DNA from: Shigella phage ESh28
Strand: one strand, 5' to 3'
Sequence record: ON528738
DNA: 64,000 nt
The notes under the pieces are model-generated. The model saw only the letters and a program-made list of their open reading frames with translations. It searched no databases and was not told where the DNA came from. Shown here piece by piece: positions 1 to 17,700 of this stretch. The translations under genes were made by a program, and so were the position numbers. Position 1 is the stretch's first letter; every line of letters begins with the position of its first letter.

Positions 1-247
1 GACGAGCATCATGTGCCTCATCGTTCATTACTGTAACAGTCCAGTCATCGAATGTACGATCGCCTGCTACGTTAATTTTACGGTTCATAAAACCGACTGG
101 AATTTTTTCTACAATACCAGCTGGTAAAGCAGTGGCTTTACATTGAAACGTAAAATTTTGTCCAAGATAAGAAATTTCTACTTGGAATAAGTTAGGTCGA
201 GCAAAATCACCAGATTCAAACGCTCGTGTTACATCATCTACAAACAT
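1..247 (-). CDS. 19: tail tube protein gp19 (partial, N-terminal 82 aa; continues beyond window start)
   Basis: Reverse translation from ATG at 247 reads MFVDDVTRAFESGDFARPNLFQVEISYLGQNF..., matching the T4 gp19 N-terminus; lies downstream of gene 18 as in T4. Confidence 0.9.
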   Translation of the reverse strand, partial: MFVDDVTRAFESGDFARPNLFQVEISYLGQNFTFQCKATALPAGIVEKIPVGFMNRKINVAGDRTFDDWTVTVMNDEAHDAR

Positions 248-261
248 ATTAGCCTCTGTAG

Positions 262-269
262 TATTTATA
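262..269 (-). promoter_or_regulatory. T4-type late promoter motif TATAAATA upstream of gene 19
   Basis: Plus-strand tatttata is TATAAATA on the minus strand, a few bp upstream of the gene 19 SD (GAGG) and ATG. Confidence 0.45.
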
Positions 270-320
270 TCCCTATGTTTAACCTAGGGCATATAGAATT
301 AAAGAATTAAGGATATAGTG

Positions 321-328
321 TATTTATA
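321..328 (-). promoter_or_regulatory. second T4-type late promoter motif in the 18-19 intergenic region
   Basis: TATAAATA on the minus strand immediately downstream of the intergenic hairpin. Confidence 0.45.
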
Positions 329-329
329 T

Positions 330-347
330 GGCCTGCCGAAACAGGCC
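330..347 (-). terminator. GC-rich stem-loop after gene 18
   Basis: Inverted repeat ggcctg-ccgaaa-caggcc directly after the gene 18 stop; no strong U tract, so may be an RNA-stability or attenuating hairpin. Confidence 0.4.
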
Positions 348-363
348 TTTAGAATGCACCGTA

Positions 364-2343
364 TTAACCTGCAAGACCAGTTAACTCATCGAAATCTGCA
401 CCAGTAGCAGTTGCTACGAAGTTCAAGGTAATGTAGTTAATGCTTCTAGCCGGTTGAATGTAGAATGTTGCAACAAACTCATTTCTATCAATTACTGACG
501 GAGTGTTATTTGTTGTATCGCAAACTACACGATATTCATAAATTCCACCGAGAGCTTTAATTCCCTGTAAGTATTGGGCAGTTTCTGTGCGGAATGATGA
601 ACGAGTAAACGCGTTGTTTAATTCGAACAAACGATATTTTGAACTACGTCCGATATTCGTTTTCAACATATTAAACAGACGACGAACGTTAATACGATCA
701 AATGGAGAAGGAACAGAAGTAGCTGTTTTATCACCATACAATACGTAACCATCACCACCTGTACCAGTTACTGGGTTGATAGCTTCTTGATATAAACGGT
801 CGCGCTGAGCTTGGCGAGTTTCAATAGCAAGTTTAATAACGTTAAGAATCTGACCACGATTATAACCAGCTGGAGACATCCAAGTCTGAGAAACGTTATC
901 AGTTCTCGCGCATAAACCAGCAATGTCAGCTGCTAATGGAACCCAACGATTTACATCATTATATTTGTCATACTGATACTTGTAGTTACCATCAATTGCT
1001 GCATAGGTTGAACTGATATTAAAGTTATTATCAGTGTATGAACCTGCCGCAGTTCTCCAGTTAACTAAATTATCTACTGCACGAGTTACAGGAATTCCAA
1101 CAACAGTTTCACGCGGTGGTGAGCACAATACTAAGCAATCTTGGCGAGCATCTCCAATTGAAACGACGTGTTTTTGGACAGTAGATGCTGTTTCTAAAGA
1201 TTCACCGGCACAAGAACCCGCAATAAACAACTGAACGTCAACAGATTCGCGGTCAGCAAAGAAGTCCCAAGCTTCCATCAAATCTCCTGCTGTTACTTCA
1301 GCATTTGATGATAATCCACCAGACAGAGTTAAAATTCCAGAGAAGCCTTCTGGCCAGTTTTGCGCAGTTGCGAAAATATATTCTGAACCACCTTTTGCGA
1401 AAAAGTCATCAATATAGATGTTACTATCGTAAATATCTTTTTCACCTCGCTTTGTCGAAAGAACAACGCTTTGAACAATAGCATCATTGCGACGAACTAT
1501 AATAGCGTATTGTGAATCAGTTTGTGGTCCATATCCAAACACTGCTTTGGCAGTAGATGCACGAGTACCACCACCTGGATAAATTGGGAGTAATGCAGAA
1601 GCTCCTTTTGCATAGTCAGCTTTAGATACGATTTCAATTTCAATTTTATCGCCCAACTCGCCTGGATAAAGCGCTACTACTCCTGGAATTCCGTATTTTT
1701 CGAGATTTGCTTGAAAGTCAACCGCTGTCATAGCAGCTTCAGCATTTTCAATTTCAGCTAATAAAATACCAGAATCAGTAATAATTTTTCCAAGAGTTAT
1801 TACTGCAGCTAAACCAGAGGAAGACGAAGAAATTTCGGCAGTCCAGTTAGAACCTAGTGCTGGATATTCACCGACTTCTTTCGCTTTAGCGATAATTTTT
1901 GCAGTAGGAATATTAATTTTCTTAATTTTTCCATCTGCGTCTACTTCGGTAATTTTACCTTCAGTTTCAATATCATCTGAAACATACTTAACCGTGATTT
2001 TATCTCCAACCGCGTAGTTACTACCTGGGGTAGAAATAGTGTATTCAATATTACCGGCAATCGGAGATGAGTTTTTAGCGGTATCTCTATCAACAGCACG
2101 AACTACTCGTAAGTCATTTCCGTACTGCAAGAAATTCATCGCAGACATAAAATAGTCAGCAGTTTCAGCGGTTGGTTGACCAAAAGTATTAACTAAATCT
2201 ACTTCATTTGTAACCTGTTTAATCTGAAAAGCAGGACCCCACTGGAATTTACCGGCCAAAGCTGCTGTACCAGTAGAGTTATTAACCACGGTGCTTTGAA
2301 CCGTAGTTTCTTTGAGCTCAATGCCCGGAGATAATAAAGTCAT
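364..2343 (-). CDS. 18: contractile tail sheath protein gp18
   Basis: 659-aa ORF, same length as T4 gp18, located between gp17 and gp19 as in T4. Confidence 0.93.
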   Translation of the reverse strand: MTLLSPGIELKETTVQSTVVNNSTGTAALAGKFQWGPAFQIKQVTNEVDLVNTFGQPTAETADYFMSAMNFLQYGNDLRVVRAVDRDTAKNSSPIAGNIEYTISTPGSNYAVGDKITVKYVSDDIETEGKITEVDADGKIKKINIPTAKIIAKAKEVGEYPALGSNWTAEISSSSSGLAAVITLGKIITDSGILLAEIENAEAAMTAVDFQANLEKYGIPGVVALYPGELGDKIEIEIVSKADYAKGASALLPIYPGGGTRASTAKAVFGYGPQTDSQYAIIVRRNDAIVQSVVLSTKRGEKDIYDSNIYIDDFFAKGGSEYIFATAQNWPEGFSGILTLSGGLSSNAEVTAGDLMEAWDFFADRESVDVQLFIAGSCAGESLETASTVQKHVVSIGDARQDCLVLCSPPRETVVGIPVTRAVDNLVNWRTAAGSYTDNNFNISSTYAAIDGNYKYQYDKYNDVNRWVPLAADIAGLCARTDNVSQTWMSPAGYNRGQILNVIKLAIETRQAQRDRLYQEAINPVTGTGGDGYVLYGDKTATSVPSPFDRINVRRLFNMLKTNIGRSSKYRLFELNNAFTRSSFRTETAQYLQGIKALGGIYEYRVVCDTTNNTPSVIDRNEFVATFYIQPARSINYITLNFVATATGADFDELTGLAG

Positions 2344-2371
2344 TTTTAATCCTCTTTAATATGCTTTAATA

Positions 2372-5512
<3,141 letters not shown>

Positions 5513-5553
5513 GATTTCTCCTAATCTGGGCTTTAATTAGTTTATAATATTTA

Positions 5554-7255
<1,702 letters not shown>

Positions 7256-7267
7256 TTAAAATCCTTT

Positions 7268-7283
7268 GGGGCCTTGCGGCCCC
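7268..7283 (-). other. GC stem-loop between wac and gene 13
   Basis: Perfect hairpin ggggcc-ttgc-ggcccc in the 32-bp intergenic gap, just upstream of the gene 13 SD. Confidence 0.4.
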
Positions 7284-7287
7284 CATG

Positions 7288-8745
7288 TTATGCTGGTGAT
7301 AAAAAGGTAGAAAGTAGTACCCATTCGCCGTCTTTACGAACGTAAGCTTGGCCATCTTTTGGAGCTTCAGGAATATAACCTGCTTCTTGTAGAGCTTGAA
7401 CGCTGCTCTGTAAAGAGGATATATTGTCTTTAGCTGTATTTACTTCATGTGTGACTGCCGCAATGTTGGTTTCATTCGTTTTTACAGAATTAGTTAATCC
7501 TCGTTCTTCAACAGTTGATCCGTCAGGATTATTTCCATTTATAAGTGAAGTAAGTTCAATAACTTGACCTTTAATTCCTGTTCTATTATTTCCTATTTCA
7601 ACTTGTATATTTTGAACATTATTGTTTAAAACTGAAACTTCTCCTTCAAGCACTGAAACTTTATTTAATAGAGATCCAGAAGGAGACGGTTGTCCTCCGC
7701 TGGAGTCAGTTCCAACAATTTGATTTAACCACGAAACATTCGCTCTTAAACCAGACGAAGTGTTTTCACCAACAATTCCGTTTAAAGACTCAATAGAAGT
7801 TGTGTGATTTTTAATTTTTCCTTTAATGCTAGAAGGAATATCATCTGAACCTATAGAAGTTTCAATAGCCGTTAAGCGTTGTTTAACACCTTCACTCTGA
7901 TTTAATTCATTATTAATAGCTTCAATGCTACTTTTGTTATTATTAATTTCTGTTATTATAGAAACATTTTCTGGGTATCCAATAGAAGATTTAATTTCTG
8001 CTATATCAGAATTTATTAAAGTTTGTTTATCATCTATAGTGTTTAATCTATTATAAATATTTGGTCCAAAATCTACCGGTTTATTACCAAGTTCATCACG
8101 TAATTTACCAACTTCAACAGTTAATGATCCTACGTCAGATTCAGTAAATTTATTTTCTAATTCGCTTAAACGAATGCCCTGTGAAGATAATAATGTACTA
8201 TTTGTTATTATTCTGTGTTTCATTCCTGTGCTAGCATTACCAACAACAGGAAGACCGTTAATGTCTTGGCCAGAATATTGTCCTAATTCCTGTTTAATCC
8301 ACAATAAATCATTTCTAATTGTTCTATAAACAGAGTTTTCTTCATCATTAAATGGACCTATATCAGCAATAATTTTGTCAACTGTATTATTAGTTCCAGT
8401 TAATATATCAGTGTGTTCACTGGTAAGTGTCTTTAAATTCGATATGTCATTTTTATTAACACTGATCTGCGATAGTGCTTCTATATCTCCTGATACATCT
8501 AAAACTCCTTGAATTGTTTTAATATCTTTCTGTGATGTTTCAATGGCAGTTTTAAGAATTCCCACATTTTCATCAAGAACTTCGACGTTTTTAAACACGG
8601 AAACAATTGGTCTATTCATTGATCCATCATTTCCATACTTAGTACTAGCTCCTAATATTTCTTCACCATTTTTAATCCATGAAATACGTTCCTGACCTTC
8701 GTCAGGAGCGCTATCAACAAAAGGTAACTCTTTTAATTCAATCAT
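7288..8745 (-). CDS. wac: fibritin (whisker antigen control protein)
   Basis: 485 aa with repetitive coiled-coil-like sequence; sits between gp12 and gp13 as in T4 (T4 wac remembered as 487 aa). Confidence 0.88.
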   Translation of the reverse strand: MIELKELPFVDSAPDEGQERISWIKNGEEILGASTKYGNDGSMNRPIVSVFKNVEVLDENVGILKTAIETSQKDIKTIQGVLDVSGDIEALSQISVNKNDISNLKTLTSEHTDILTGTNNTVDKIIADIGPFNDEENSVYRTIRNDLLWIKQELGQYSGQDINGLPVVGNASTGMKHRIITNSTLLSSQGIRLSELENKFTESDVGSLTVEVGKLRDELGNKPVDFGPNIYNRLNTIDDKQTLINSDIAEIKSSIGYPENVSIITEINNNKSSIEAINNELNQSEGVKQRLTAIETSIGSDDIPSSIKGKIKNHTTSIESLNGIVGENTSSGLRANVSWLNQIVGTDSSGGQPSPSGSLLNKVSVLEGEVSVLNNNVQNIQVEIGNNRTGIKGQVIELTSLINGNNPDGSTVEERGLTNSVKTNETNIAAVTHEVNTAKDNISSLQSSVQALQEAGYIPEAPKDGQAYVRKDGEWVLLSTFLSPA

Positions 8746-8754
8746 TTGTAATCC

Positions 8755-10305
8755 TTAGTAATGAATTTTAATAATATAGTTTAATGATATATTCCATGGT
8801 CTAGTTTCATAACCAATTAATCCTTCACGATTAAGTGTACCATGAGCATCTCTCGGTCCACCTAATTCAAATCCATCATTAGTGAAGTATGAAGCATTAT
8901 CCCAGTCGGAATATTTTCTAGTTCCAAGATATCCTTGATAAACTGACGCGCCAAATGGGCCTTCACTTCTGTTATATTCTCCCCAACCACCGGCGTGTTT
9001 ATGGTATGACATTTGTTGTGCCTGGACACCACCAACATGCATTCCGTCACATCCTACACCAAGTCTATCCTTTCCATAACCATCTTGTCCTCGTTGATTT
9101 AAAATATGACCGCCAGTACCGGCTCCTCTGACGAAAAGACCTCGCATATCAGGAATACCAGGATTGTTCCAATCACCACCAAATCTTGATCCAACTACGT
9201 TTCTATAATCAGGAAATTGGTCACCTGACACGGTTCCACCATGACACATAATCCAACCTGGAGGTGCTGAATCACCTGCAAACATCATAATAGTCCCAAC
9301 TGGAATTCTTTCGGACGCATATCTTTCAGTGGCAACAGGTTGATCGCCATTTTTCCACATTCCGCCGCGCGACCAAATTCCGTTTGCTGTAAGATGGTCT
9401 AAATTTAAAGAACCATTAATAGTTTGTCCACCACGAGTATTAATTACATCTGCGTTCCATGCTAATGCTCCAGAACTATCACCTTCAGGGGCAATACCGG
9501 CTTGCGTCGTTAATTTAACTACTCCGCGCATAGAACCAGTAGCTCCTCGACCATTTAGTGTTTCACCTGTTACTGCAACATCTCCCAAATTACTGTTAAT
9601 TTCCGATTGTGTTCCTAAACGTATAACACCCTTATATTCTTGTGTTGCAACAGAATTCATAAAGGTATACGGGGAAATTGCATATCCTTCGCGGAGAGTT
9701 CCTTGACGAGTTTGCGCAACAGTAGATAATTGAACTACACCTCTCACAGATTCTGATGCAGTATCTTCGGAAGGAGCTATTTGTGAAATTAATTTTATTG
9801 CAAGTTTTTGCGTTTTTAATGGAGTCATTGCCGTAGTATCATCTACTCCAGCTAAAGCTGCAGGTGTAGATGATATTTTAATAACCCCATTTGATGACTC
9901 AGACGAATATCTATTTTGGAACACATCGTCAGTATGGTATTTCAGTTTTTGCGGCGTTATTGATGAATTATTATCTGAGCCTTCTAATGTTTCTTCATTT
10001 GTTGAATAGCGCGTTAAACCATACTTAGTTTCAGTAGCATTTGGATACAATAATCTTGTTGCTAATGTAGCTGGTGTAACGATTTTAGAATTATTAGTTC
10101 CATCTAAAACCTCTTGCTCTGACGCAATCATTGCTATTCCTTTAACTTCCATAGTTGCATCAGGAATACCATTTACGCCGATATTACTTATTTTTGATAA
10201 TGCAGACTGCACTGTCGTGACAGTGTCAGGAAAATTCGATCCAGTAGGATCGAATTTAACATATTTTGATTCATTTGATACGTGCTGATATGTATTGTTA
10301 CTCAT
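8755..10305 (-). CDS. 12: short tail fibre protein gp12
   Basis: 516 aa, Gly/Thr/Ser-rich repeats; position between gp11 and wac (T4 gp12 remembered as 527 aa). Confidence 0.88.
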   Translation of the reverse strand: MSNNTYQHVSNESKYVKFDPTGSNFPDTVTTVQSALSKISNIGVNGIPDATMEVKGIAMIASEQEVLDGTNNSKIVTPATLATRLLYPNATETKYGLTRYSTNEETLEGSDNNSSITPQKLKYHTDDVFQNRYSSESSNGVIKISSTPAALAGVDDTTAMTPLKTQKLAIKLISQIAPSEDTASESVRGVVQLSTVAQTRQGTLREGYAISPYTFMNSVATQEYKGVIRLGTQSEINSNLGDVAVTGETLNGRGATGSMRGVVKLTTQAGIAPEGDSSGALAWNADVINTRGGQTINGSLNLDHLTANGIWSRGGMWKNGDQPVATERYASERIPVGTIMMFAGDSAPPGWIMCHGGTVSGDQFPDYRNVVGSRFGGDWNNPGIPDMRGLFVRGAGTGGHILNQRGQDGYGKDRLGVGCDGMHVGGVQAQQMSYHKHAGGWGEYNRSEGPFGASVYQGYLGTRKYSDWDNASYFTNDGFELGGPRDAHGTLNREGLIGYETRPWNISLNYIIKIHY

Positions 10306-10961
10306 GCTATTCTCTCAAAATAATAAAATACCGTAGGTTGTGTGTGACTATCTAGCGTGACAGTTTGCGCACCTAATAATTGCCAAGTTCCGTATCCAGG
10401 TTTAGAAGGAGAAATTATTTCTTGTTTGAAAGTAATTCCTTTATCAGAGTATTGTTCTAAGATATGTTCTTGGTTATCTAAATACTTAACTTGTATTTTA
10501 TTTCCTATGGTAGGATGGTCTTCAAATGAATCAATTGCAATAAATTTTGCAACCATTTCCTGTAGAGCTGTTCTAACGGCACTGGTAAATTCGATTGAAG
10601 TCATTCCATTAGTAGCTTTAACTGGAATACCAAACATGTTAACAATAACTGGATCACCTGGTTTGGCTGAAGTATCAGTAACGGTTCCTTCAAATGACCA
10701 ATAGTCTGTTTGTTGCACGCCAGTAGGAGATACGCCGCTTATATTAACTAATACAGCTCCAACCTGTTGCTCTGCCATATTTCTAACATCATTGATAGCA
10801 GATTCTACATTCGGGTCATAAAAGCCTTTTGCTATTTGTGAAATTGTTACAGCGCCTACTGGCTGATTATTCATAACCGAAATATCATTTTTCTTAGTTC
10901 TAAAACCAAGAAAATCTGCTAAGCGGGAAATAACTCCCGCTTTATTATTAAGTAAACTCAT
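10302..10961 (-). CDS. 11: baseplate wedge protein gp11
   Basis: Start set at internal Met ([20 protein letters not shown]...) giving 219 aa as in T4 gp11; the ORF-track start MDKDCIM is 6 codons upstream. Confidence 0.88.
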   Translation of the reverse strand: MSLLNNKAGVISRLADFLGFRTKKNDISVMNNQPVGAVTISQIAKGFYDPNVESAINDVRNMAEQQVGAVLVNISGVSPTGVQQTDYWSFEGTVTDTSAKPGDPVIVNMFGIPVKATNGMTSIEFTSAVRTALQEMVAKFIAIDSFEDHPTIGNKIQVKYLDNQEHILEQYSDKGITFKQEIISPSKPGYGTWQLLGAQTVTLDSHTQPTVFYYFERIA

Positions 10962-12766
10962 TATGCAATCCTTATCCAACGGTATACAGTAATAGACGGT
11001 TGAATATTACTAATATTAGCAGGAGGAGTATGTGAAGAGTTTGTTGTTGCGTAGTCTTCACGATATTTTGTATATATAGGACCAGTTTCGTCTGGGTCAT
11101 ATTGACAACCTCCAATAATAACTGATCCGTTTTCATCTTCAATTAAAACTTTTTCATCAGTTTTAGTCGCAGGAAGATTTGCGTTCTCAAGTGCCACCGA
11201 TGTTGTTCCAACTGTTCCACCGGCAGTATGTGAAGGATTTCCGCTAGAATCTAAATCATTATTGTTTAAAGCAAAGTTTGGATCCGTAACATCATCATTC
11301 CATCCTACTAAAACTTGTCCTTTACCAAATAATTTCCATGAACCAAATCCCATATAAGTCACCGGATTATTTGGATTTATAGCATTTTCATAAATTGAAC
11401 CTACAGGATAAATGCTATCGAAAATAGATGATATTGAATTATACGTTCTAGTATAAGAATCAACTTTTTCAACATTTGGCCAACCGATTTTATCAAAATC
11501 TGTTAAGGCTACATCACCAGTAACTTCGGTAGATGATCCTTTGCTAACATAACGGTCATCTGTTAATTCAATAATGTCATCTTTTTCTAAAAGAGTTCCT
11601 AAATCATTATTGAACCACGTTATAACGATTATATCGCCTGATTCAAATTTTCTATCAAATAAAAGACTGATCGGTTTTCCATCTTCATATTCTATAGAAT
11701 AATCTGTGTTTGATTCTTTCCATTCGCCACCAAGAGATATACATCCTTCTTGCGTATCTGAATTAGCGCCTTCGCACAAAAACAGAGGATACCCAGCTGT
11801 TCCAGCCTGTTGCTGTAAAATTCCATTAAAACGAACCTCAAGAGAATTAGGATTAATGGGTTCGCCAGGAATTAATCCAAAAGCTGAAAATGGAATTGAT
11901 TTCATCGCCGATAAATCAGTAACATAAATGCTTCCTTCTAAAGAAGTCTTTGATGTTAGTTTTGAATCTAGCACTTTTATTTGGCGTCTTGTATATGAAC
12001 TTCTCCATTGTGATACACCATCCATAAACGTTTCAATTTGAACAGTGTCACCAACATTACAAGGCTGTCTTAATCTAATATTAAATCCATCAAGAGGAAT
12101 CAATTCTCCTTCATTTTCCCCAGGAGAGCCAAAGTCACTGTTTTCGCTAAATACATCACCGTAATACAATTCGTTACCACGATGTTTTACTCTGATGTTG
12201 TTGACATTATAACTAGTTCCATTAAAAACATCTAAAAAGTCTGTTTGTCCTTGAACTTCGACTAAAAATTCTTTACGAGCTACATTGCTAATGTCTGAAC
12301 TAATAATTTTGTCAATTTGTTTATTTTTGACATATTCCCAACGACCCGGAGCGCAATAAACTAGCTCTAAATCACTAAATTGAACGTTAATTTCAACCGA
12401 TGACGATGATCCTTTGATAGTATCACCAGAAGCGGCTACTAAAGTAACTGGATTAACATTCCATGTTGCAAATACATCCCTAGCTCTAATTACTTTATTA
12501 TAATCATTAACAGTTCCTTTAGGAAGTTGCAGTGTTACTCTTCCAGACGAAGTATTAATAGCGTATGATTTTCCCCATTCAGCTTTTAACGTTTGCCCAG
12601 ATGAAGCATTATAAGTTTTCCAGGCACCGGCTGAATATGGAACATTACCATCACCGAGTTCATAATAAAGCTCATCAAAGTTTTCATTTATTTTTATACC
12701 ACCTTTACGCAGGTAGTCACCGGTACCATCATCTACAACATTACCGATATTAATATTTTGTTTCAT
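10961..12766 (-). CDS. 10: baseplate wedge protein gp10
   Basis: 601 aa, [23 protein letters not shown]...; T4 gp10 size and order. Confidence 0.9.
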   Translation of the reverse strand: MKQNINIGNVVDDGTGDYLRKGGIKINENFDELYYELGDGNVPYSAGAWKTYNASSGQTLKAEWGKSYAINTSSGRVTLQLPKGTVNDYNKVIRARDVFATWNVNPVTLVAASGDTIKGSSSSVEINVQFSDLELVYCAPGRWEYVKNKQIDKIISSDISNVARKEFLVEVQGQTDFLDVFNGTSYNVNNIRVKHRGNELYYGDVFSENSDFGSPGENEGELIPLDGFNIRLRQPCNVGDTVQIETFMDGVSQWRSSYTRRQIKVLDSKLTSKTSLEGSIYVTDLSAMKSIPFSAFGLIPGEPINPNSLEVRFNGILQQQAGTAGYPLFLCEGANSDTQEGCISLGGEWKESNTDYSIEYEDGKPISLLFDRKFESGDIIVITWFNNDLGTLLEKDDIIELTDDRYVSKGSSTEVTGDVALTDFDKIGWPNVEKVDSYTRTYNSISSIFDSIYPVGSIYENAINPNNPVTYMGFGSWKLFGKGQVLVGWNDDVTDPNFALNNNDLDSSGNPSHTAGGTVGTTSVALENANLPATKTDEKVLIEDENGSVIIGGCQYDPDETGPIYTKYREDYATTNSSHTPPANISNIQPSITVYRWIRIA

Positions 12767-13632
12767 TATTGAGCCACCCCGATTTTCTGCGTAGCGATAA
12801 CTTTAACTGCTGCTCTCATACCGACAGTTGAAGAACTTATAGTCGCCGTTACATAATTTTCTTTAATACTAAATGCAATATTAGCGATTTCGTCTTCTTC
12901 GGTTTCATTCCCAACTCGCATGACAGCATATTCAGAAGAAATGACCTCTGAATTAACAGTATCCACAAGAATATTTATTTCTGCTGTTTTAATTTTTCTT
13001 CCATCTATCGATTGGCACGTAACTAACAATTTAGCCATATTGTATTCAGTACGATGAAATAGTGGAATATCAACTGATCCAGATGTAGAAATATTCCATG
13101 TACCTTCAGCTGGTGATTCCTTTTGTCCAAACATGCTTTCAATAGAATAATTCCAAACCGATGTAGAATTATCAGATGAAATACAGCGTAAAGTAACTTT
13201 ACTATATGGGCTAGTTACTACTAAATTACCTGAAACACCTTTAATTGAATCAATAGCTTGAATTGTCAAAGGATTAGTAACTGATATTGATCCATTAGAG
13301 TTAATGAATTCAACACAATCGCCGAGTTCGCCTCTTTCAATAATAACTTTAACACCTACAGTAGAGGTATCAATATCATGTCTAGTGCCAACTTTCACTG
13401 GAGTTGCGTACTCTGTAATAGAGTGTTTTTGATAATACCCAGTAGCATGGATAATTTGACCATCTGCTCCGGTGCCATTTGCTACTGCCATTTTACGTTG
13501 ATCGCCAAACGCATTATAAATTGCGTTAAAATCACTATTAATTTTATTACCACCGTCGAATAAGATATCACCAGTAGAAGCGTTACCAATTTCGCCGGTA
13601 TCAATCAATTTCTTTGGTTCTTGAATGAACAT
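12766..13632 (-). CDS. 9: baseplate wedge / long tail fibre attachment protein gp9
   Basis: 288 aa; T4 size and order. Confidence 0.9.
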   Translation of the reverse strand: MFIQEPKKLIDTGEIGNASTGDILFDGGNKINSDFNAIYNAFGDQRKMAVANGTGADGQIIHATGYYQKHSITEYATPVKVGTRHDIDTSTVGVKVIIERGELGDCVEFINSNGSISVTNPLTIQAIDSIKGVSGNLVVTSPYSKVTLRCISSDNSTSVWNYSIESMFGQKESPAEGTWNISTSGSVDIPLFHRTEYNMAKLLVTCQSIDGRKIKTAEINILVDTVNSEVISSEYAVMRVGNETEEDEIANIAFSIKENYVTATISSSTVGMRAAVKVIATQKIGVAQ

Positions 13633-13656
13633 AGCGGTTTCCTTATGAGTTTATAG

Positions 13657-13664
13657 TATTTATA
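13657..13664 (-). promoter_or_regulatory. T4-type late promoter TATAAATA for gene 9
   Basis: TATAAATA on the minus strand about 25 nt upstream of the gene 9 ATG. Confidence 0.5.
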
Positions 13665-13670
13665 AAGAAA

Positions 13671-13692
13671 AAGGGAGCCCATGGGCTCCCTT
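13671..13692 (-). terminator. rho-independent terminator after gene 8
   Basis: Hairpin gggagccc-atgg-gggctccc followed by a T-run on the minus strand. Confidence 0.6.
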
Positions 13693-13695
13693 AAT

Positions 13696-14700
13696 TTAAA
13701 ATGTAAACAGAATATTGATTTCTTCTGTTTGATCCATTGCCATGATAATAGGTGGCCTATTTTCCATATAAATCATTTCGCCCGAATGCCTCATTAAATC
13801 TTCCGGATCATAATAATCCTTTTCAGCTTTAACGTTTGGGTCATTTGGATGAACTTTAGCTTCAAGAGGATTGGTGATTATTGATATTTGTCTAAATCCT
13901 TTATTTCCCGGTAATGCAGCATCAGGAAAATAAACTGAATCTAAATATGCTTTAAAACGGATAGTATTTGCCTTAACACGGTAAATTAATCCAAAATCAT
14001 CTTGTTGCCAAGTGAGATTATCTTCATACCCCCATCTAGTTGGGTCTTCTTTTAATTCCTCAGGCCAAGGAACTACGATATATTCATTTGTGCATCTATT
14101 TATAGATACATCAGGCGGAATCTCAAAAAGATATTCCCAAACATATCCGTCTCCAGGTTCGATTGTTCCTTCCGCGTCTCCTCGACCTTCAGGAGGAGTC
14201 ATTGACCTAACAGAAGGAGTCCATTTTCCACCTAACTTAATACATTCATCCTTGTCAGTCAAAGATGTTATTGAGCATGTTCCTGTGTCAGGAACATCTA
14301 AACAACGATATACTAGCCATCCTGCGCCTGATTCAGTAGCATTGTAAGGAGCTGAGTTACATACTACAATATCGTTAATTCTAAATGTGTATGGATCCGG
14401 ATATCTAGTATCTCCCCAATCTCTACGAGGAATAACCGCATCAAGCATTGATGGAAGAACTTTTACTGTTCCCATCATATGCGTCCACATGTCAGTTACG
14501 CCTAATACAGAATCGGTTGGATAAGGTGGAGCAAAGCCCACCTCATTTTCATTTGATGACCACGGTTCTGATCTTCCAAATGTGATAAAGATAGTGTTTT
14601 TATCCGGACCACTCCCAATTGAATTATAAAAATTCAACATTTTTTCTGTTCTAAATTTTGAAGTAACTATCGCACGATAGATAACACTTGAATCATTCAT
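13696..14700 (-). CDS. 8: baseplate wedge protein gp8
   Basis: 334 aa; T4 size and order. Confidence 0.9.
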   Translation of the reverse strand: MNDSSVIYRAIVTSKFRTEKMLNFYNSIGSGPDKNTIFITFGRSEPWSSNENEVGFAPPYPTDSVLGVTDMWTHMMGTVKVLPSMLDAVIPRRDWGDTRYPDPYTFRINDIVVCNSAPYNATESGAGWLVYRCLDVPDTGTCSITSLTDKDECIKLGGKWTPSVRSMTPPEGRGDAEGTIEPGDGYVWEYLFEIPPDVSINRCTNEYIVVPWPEELKEDPTRWGYEDNLTWQQDDFGLIYRVKANTIRFKAYLDSVYFPDAALPGNKGFRQISIITNPLEAKVHPNDPNVKAEKDYYDPEDLMRHSGEMIYMENRPPIIMAMDQTEEINILFTF

Positions 14701-17700
14701 CTATTTTAACCTGTGTTGGATTTTCAGGGTCTCTTGGATTTCCTATATTATCTTTTAGACGTTTATTAACTAAATCCCTAAACTGTGCAAATGTTGTTCC
14801 AGATGCGTCAAATAGAGGACTCATTAACTTGCGTCGTTCAGAAGGCAATTGACCTTGAAATATTGAATTACTATTTTCAGCATTATAGTCATCAGGAAGA
14901 GGATATTTTACACCAGCCATTGGGCCAGGTTCATAAATTGCTTCTCCTGTTACTGAATCATGTTCAATTTCGCCAGTTGGAGTTAATTTAGCTACTCTAT
15001 CAGCATATTCAGTAGGCAATCCAGAATCCCATTTGTAGTTTTTGTATTTATTAATTATAGTCTCTGTGTGTTTAAGAGTTAAACCAACATTAATAAACAT
15101 CGTTAAAAGGGTAATTGCTATAAATCCAAATCCTACTGGATGAACAAAACGAATAACGTCAGATTTCCAGCGAGAAGAAGGTAAATTGGATTTAATTTTC
15201 ATTACATAATATGATCGGCTTCTATTAATATAGTCTATATTATTTTGAAGCAAATCCTTTCCTTTAACACCACGAATAATTTCGCCTTCAAAACTCGGAA
15301 GTCTTTCTGCTTTAACTTCTTGACCAGCAATTAATCTTCCCAAAAGATTATGAATAGTTACGGTCCATTGCAATTTACCATTAGAATAACTTCTTTCTAT
15401 ATAAGTAACATTACATCTTCCTGTAGATGTATAAATCGTTTGTCCTACCAAATCTTCAGTTAAAGAATCAGATTGAACGATTATATCGTATTCAGTACCA
15501 GCACCAGATTCAATTTCAATTTCAACTTCTTCATTATAAAGAACTTTAAAAAGAAATTTGTATGATGCTTCAATTCCTTTAGTAGAATAAAAATCATAGC
15601 TACGTGATTCAAAAAATCTTGCAACAGCATCACGTTTGTCAGCATTTAAATAAATGTTTCTTTTATATATCTCTGACCACAAATATTCCCATGCATGCTC
15701 TTCTCGTGGATATTTGTTACGAATTAAATTTCGTAAATTGTTATACTGAGTTCCATATCCATCAGAAAGATATTGAATATATGCTTCGCAAAATGCCTCA
15801 AAATTCGAATCTTGTAGTAAATAAGAATCAGGCATCATTGTGCCAATCAATGGTCTTAAATCAGGGTCAGCTAATCCGTGCTCTTCTTCTGGTGCCCAAG
15901 GAGTTTCATGCTCTTGGTTTTGTAAAAATGCTTTTAAAAATATTCCAGTTGGCTTCCAAATTATTTCAACCGTGTCTCTCACTCGATAGTTAAAATCATA
16001 ATAAGAAATTATTTCACCAGAGGATTTATAAAAAAGCATCCCAGACGCATATTTTTTAAATCCCGTGAATTTAACGTTTGGCATTACTATAGTGCAATCG
16101 CCGTCATCCCAGTATTCATGAACTAATCTATCTGGCGATGTTTCTGGAAAATTTTCAATAACTTTAGTATATTTTAAATCTGCATAAACTACCACAGCCC
16201 TATTAGAGTTGTTTATCCAGCACCGTGTATTAGACTTTTTAGACCAGTTAAAGAATGGTTCTGCATAGTATTTCATTGGCTGAGGCGTAAAAGTTTCCCA
16301 ATCAGACTTTTCATCTGCTATAAATGCCATCATATGATAATGCTTATCAGCTAACCATTCACGAGGAAATTCATATTTAACGGCACCGATTAACTGATAT
16401 TTTGCTACAGTTTCAGGGTCATTAACAACGTTATCATTTAAAAATTTAAAATTACTCGAAGATAGAGAAACTAATTTACCATCAGTTGACATATTCGCAT
16501 ACCCAGGTTGAATACGTCTTCTTTCTTCTTCAGTGTTGCCAAAAACTCTTTTCCACGTTTTTGTGTCATGATTTAAAACATATATTCCTTTATCAGTAGA
16601 ATCAATTATTTTTGACGTTCTAGGATTAGCATTTAATGTTTCAACTTCACCGATAATAAGAGCAAAAACTTTATCACCAATAGAATCCATTTTATAGCAT
16701 ACTGCTTTAGGATTTCCAGTTATAGTCATTGTATCAGGTTCAAATAGCCTTTCCGAATATGTTGGAGATAATGGATCAGAATCTATAGGTGCATTACTCG
16801 TTTTTATGTATCTAACTTTGTCTCTGGCGACAACGTAAATGTAATCATCGGTGCAAGTAATAGCTTCAGCTATACGATACACGTTTGCAGGTAATGTAGC
16901 ATAAGTACCAAAGATTTCAACATCAAATCCCAAATGAAGTTGATCACCAAGTTTAGCGAATGTTATGTCCTGCGAACTAAATCTGACATCATCAGCTGAC
17001 CATCTAACATCAGTAGATTTGCGGCCATAGAAAATCTTGTCGTATCCTAGAACATATGTTGTGCTCGCAGATTGGTAATATACAGTCTTAGATAAAGGAT
17101 ATCCTACACGGTCATTGAAGAGCTTTACAGCTTTCCAGGTTTGACCTTTATCATTGGATACTTTAACTACAGGTTGATAACGCTCAAAAAGATATAGAAT
17201 CCCTTCTGATTCCATCAAATAAACTCGATTAATATCCTTACATACTTGCTGAATAGAACCTTGTATTTCATGATACTCATTTTCACCAATAATAAAATTA
17301 CTTATTGATGAAACATCAGCATATGATGGGCTGAATTGGAATGATTCATTCATCAATGCAGCCATTATAGTGTCATTATTAAAATTGACATAATTAGAAT
17401 TGTTAAGAGTAAATTTTTCCTGAATGAATTTATTAGCTAATTGCATTTCAATCATGTTTTGAAATGTATAAGCATTTGTAGCAAAAGTTTCAAACTCTTC
17501 GGTATAAATCCAATCAGACTGCTCAAAATCTTGTGCAGCTGTAGCTACTCTAATGATGTATGATGTTAGTGGATCAGCATCATCAAAAAAGAAACTATTG
17601 TTTGCTGTATATCCTAAATTAATCCAACGATATTGATCACTCGGGAGATTTTCCCCCGAGTCTGTTTTTGTCTCAGCGATTTCTACAAAATAGTAGAAAT

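Noticed and set aside
1034-1234. Short ORFs on the strand opposite to the large late structural genes (for example 1034-1234, 3794-3991, 6597-6818, 10357-10704, 14012-14347, 15604-15993)
   Set aside because: Each lies wholly inside a well-supported, size-matched T4-type gene on the other strand and has no ribosome-binding site or conservation argument; they are antisense reading-frame artefacts.
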